Shown piece by piece: positions 61,523 through 64,000 of a stretch of DNA of 64,000 bases. How positions within the stretch are numbered: the stretch's first letter is position 1; each line of letters begins with the position of its first letter. The DNA is from Ostreococcus lucimarinus (taxonomy: Eukaryota). Below the pieces are notes generated by a model. It was not told the origin of the DNA. It searched no databases and saw nothing but the letters and a program-made list of their open reading frames with translations. A program made the translations under genes and the position numbers. The DNA lies in the NCBI GenBank assembly GCA_000092065.1, contig CP000596.1; one strand, written 5' to 3'.

Positions 61523-63736
61523 CTATTCGTCTCGCGCCCAGACGTCGCTGTAGACTCCGGGACGCGAGCTCTTCGGCGGATTGGCGCGACGACGAATGTA
61601 CGGCCCGCTCGATCTGAACCGACCGGTGCCGTCGTCGGGGAGCGCTAAAGCGACGTCACCGATGAGCGGGGTCGCAGCCTCGGTCCTGTCGGTGCGACGT
61701 CGATTGAATGAAATGGTTGAATCGTCGTCGTCGTTGACGCTGTACGAAAACGCCTTGACGGGCTTGTGCGTCGCCGTGCCGAATTCGTCGGCATGTGTGA
61801 TGTACAAGTCTTCATCGAACGCCAAAAGATCGACGTCTTCGTCTTCGTCGTCGCCGTCTATGATGCCGTAATCATCGACGTCCCGGTTGAACGCGCGACG
61901 AAGCGTGCACACGCTCGCCGCGACGAACGTGATCAACACGACGACGGAAAAAGACAGGAAACGCCAGACATCCGCGTTGACCTGCGCCGAGGCGCGCTTG
62001 TACACTCGAACGTAGTCGACGTAATGAAACATGTCATCGTCGCACTGATTGAGCGCCGCAGGCATGCCGAACGGCGACACCGCGGTGTTCAGGATGAGAT
62101 AAAACGGCCATCGCGGAATGATGGGCACATTAAAGCGCGTCAAGTGATGCACGGGATGACCGTCGACGGTGAACGTCAAGCTATCCTTCGACCACTCCAC
62201 CGCATACGTGTGGAAATCCGCGCTGAAATCGATCGCGGGGTCCATCATGGGCGGGTACGCGCTTCGCGAGAAGCCTTCGGCGCCGCACTCCGCCTTTGGG
62301 GCGAAATGATATCCCGATTCCACCGTTCCCGCACGCGTCCCGGGCCCGCCCAAACCTCTGCCGTACGACTGCATGATGTCAATTTGCCCGCCAAGCGGCC
62401 AGCACGCGCGCTTCGGCACGCTCTTCTCGGGGTCAGGTAACATCCAGTGCTGCGGCCAAACGCCCGGACACTTGGACTCGGGAATCTTCGCGCGAATCTC
62501 AACTCGCCCGTACGTTTGCGTGAACGCCTCTTTCGTGTCCACCCAGCACGACAGGAACGGATACTGATCACCGCGACCACGATGACCCACGGCACCTCCG
62601 TGTGGCGTCGCGGCAGTGCGCACGCCTCGCTGACGCCGCGTCCCGATGACGAGCGCGCCGTCGACGACTTTACACATCTCGGGAACGTAAAACTGTTGCT
62701 GTCCGCCGTGTCGCTCTAAACCTGGCGCGCTCTCGTTCACCTTCGGTCGCCATTTCGATAAATCTAACGCATCACCGTCGAACTCGTCGCTGAACGTCAA
62801 CTCCCATCCCGGCTGTCTCGCGTCCTTCGACGAGGCGCCCTTCGTCGACCCCGGCACGCTTTGCGGAAACCCACGTCGAGGGGTCGCGCCCGCGCGCCGC
62901 CGCGCCGCCGCGCGCTCTTTTATCGCCGCCGCGTTCGCTGGCGGTCGAGTCGGCATCGTTCTCGCCGCCGACGGCGCGTCTTCTTCCCCTCCCGTCGCGC
63001 CGTCGCCCGCGCCGGCGAGCGCGTCTCTCGCGCGACGCAGCGCCTCGTCTGGATCCTCCAACGCCCCCAGCGCCGCCTCATCGCGTTCTCTGCGCATTCG
63101 CGCCCGTCTAATTTTCATCATCTGTCGCTTCGTCGGCGCCCTCGCGCCCAACCGCGCCGTCGAACCGCCCGCGTCGTCTTCGTCCTCCTCCTCGTCCTCG
63201 TACGCCTCCTCGTCCTCGTCCTCGTCCGCCCCGTACATCTCGTCCGGATCGTCCGGCGCCTCGTCCTCGACGATCCTGCGCATCAACGCGTCGTCCATCG
63301 TCCCGAACCGCGTCCCCGCGCTCGCGTCGACGTACCCCGGCGCGTCGCCCGCGTCGTCCCGCGCGTTGGGTGTTGCGTCTCGCGTCGTCCCGTCCCCGCC
63401 CGCGCCTTCGCCCGTCGCGCGTCCCGATCGCGCCCTCGCGAGCGTCGCGAGCGTCACCGCGCACATCGCCGCCCGCGCGCGACGCGACGTCGCGCCGCGC
63501 GTCGCGCGCCGCGATCGGCGCCGCGTCGAATGCGCGGCGTCCATCGCCTCGCGCGCGTCGTCCCGCGTCGACGTCGTCGCCGTCGGTCGCCGCGCGCCGC
63601 CGCGCGCGTCGCCGCCGTCGCGCGTCACGCGCGCGACGTCGCCGTGTGTCGCGCGCCGCGCCGCGCGACCGACGACCGACGCCGCGCGCGGGATGTTGGC
63701 GCCGCGCATAAAACCAATCGCGCGATTCGTTCGCAT
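61523..63736 (-). CDS. glycoside hydrolase family 16 (laminarinase-like) domain protein with a C-terminal TM anchor; catalytic motif degenerate (QIDIMQ); true start uncertain (possibly 63466)
   Basis: WELTFSDEFDGDALDLSKW, PGVWPQHWMLPD, WPLGGQIDIMQSYGRG and FHTYAVEWSKDSLTFTVDG match GH16 laminarinase blocks; TM FLSFSVVVLITFVAASVCTL near the C-terminus; long low-complexity N-terminal extension. Confidence 0.55.
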   Translation of the reverse strand: MRTNRAIGFMRGANIPRAASVVGRAARRATHGDVARVTRDGGDARGGARRPTATTSTRDDAREAMDAAHSTRRRSRRATRGATSRRARAAMCAVTLATLARARSGRATGEGAGGDGTTRDATPNARDDAGDAPGYVDASAGTRFGTMDDALMRRIVEDEAPDDPDEMYGADEDEDEEAYEDEEEDEDDAGGSTARLGARAPTKRQMMKIRRARMRRERDEAALGALEDPDEALRRARDALAGAGDGATGGEEDAPSAARTMPTRPPANAAAIKERAAARRRAGATPRRGFPQSVPGSTKGASSKDARQPGWELTFSDEFDGDALDLSKWRPKVNESAPGLERHGGQQQFYVPEMCKVVDGALVIGTRRQRGVRTAATPHGGAVGHRGRGDQYPFLSCWVDTKEAFTQTYGRVEIRAKIPESKCPGVWPQHWMLPDPEKSVPKRACWPLGGQIDIMQSYGRGLGGPGTRAGTVESGYHFAPKAECGAEGFSRSAYPPMMDPAIDFSADFHTYAVEWSKDSLTFTVDGHPVHHLTRFNVPIIPRWPFYLILNTAVSPFGMPAALNQCDDDMFHYVDYVRVYKRASAQVNADVWRFLSFSVVVLITFVAASVCTLRRAFNRDVDDYGIIDGDDEDEDVDLLAFDEDLYITHADEFGTATHKPVKAFSYSVNDDDDSTISFNRRRTDRTEAATPLIGDVALALPDDGTGRFRSSGPYIRRRANPPKSSRPGVYSDVWARDE

Positions 63737-64000
63737 CGCGCGCGCGTTTTACCCCATCATCGCGCGTTCGCGTTCGCCGACCCCGCGACGCGCGTAAATT
63801 CCGAGATGGGCGTCGCGAGGCGCGGAATGCGCGATCACCGATCGACGGCGTCGATGACCGATCGTGGGAATCGCGGTTACGGGCGCGACGCGCGATCGCG
63901 GAATTCACGCGCGCGCCGGCGCGAACCCCGCGGGGCGACCGGCGGCACATCGTCGCGCGTCGCGGAGCACTCAGGACGCTCTTAAGAAGGCAACGCGCGA

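Noticed and set aside
1-64000. Mobile elements, tRNA/rRNA genes
   Set aside because: No transposase, integrase, reverse-transcriptase or LTR/TIR structure recognised. No tRNA-like cloverleaf with GTTCGAnTC T-loop or rRNA-like segment found by eye. The tandem arrays present are all inside coding sequences.

Overview
This 64 kb window looks like nuclear DNA from a compact, GC-rich (~65-70%) green alga, possibly of the Mamiellales/Micromonas type; that taxonomic guess is inference from composition, gene content and TGTAA-like 3' signals. It carries about 38 densely packed, mostly intron-less protein genes on both strands with 40-700 bp spacers. It is not a prokaryotic locus: bacterial-type genes (gyrA, minE, sufE-nadA, cysE, S1, FKBP) sit beside strictly eukaryotic ones (UFD2 U-box ligase, ELP1, YEATS/GAS41, DDM1-like SNF2, eIF1/SUI1, NVL/RIX7, LAS1, RPF2) and at least one GT-AG intron. 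The bacterial-type genes are best read as nuclear-encoded organelle-targeted proteins with transit-peptide-like N-termini. I found no rRNA, tRNA, CRISPR array, transposase, integrase or reverse transcriptase. The ORF track treats GTG as a start, so several listed starts were corrected to the first in-frame ATG; the many Arg/Ala-rich antisense ORFs are GC-driven artefacts. The most unusual object is a 12.3 kb uninterrupted ORF (33254..45484, minus strand) whose coding GC is about 20 points below everything around it. It encodes a 4,076-4,105 aa predicted type-I surface protein: signal peptide, TSP1-like module, extensin-like S(P)4 linkers, a perfect EF-hand pair, three 201-aa modules encoded by a 3 x 603 bp near-identical tandem array, and a C-terminal TM anchor. 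Other points worth a second look: a GH16 (laminarinase-family) protein whose ExDxxE catalytic motif reads QIDIMQ; an 82-nt intron in a lumenal FKBP gene that I could resolve by hand; an eIF1 gene with no in-frame AUG; a telo-box-like palindrome in a bidirectional promoter; a novel 3 x 80-aa Cys4His2 repeat protein; and head-to-head genes with 45 bp or less between start codons.
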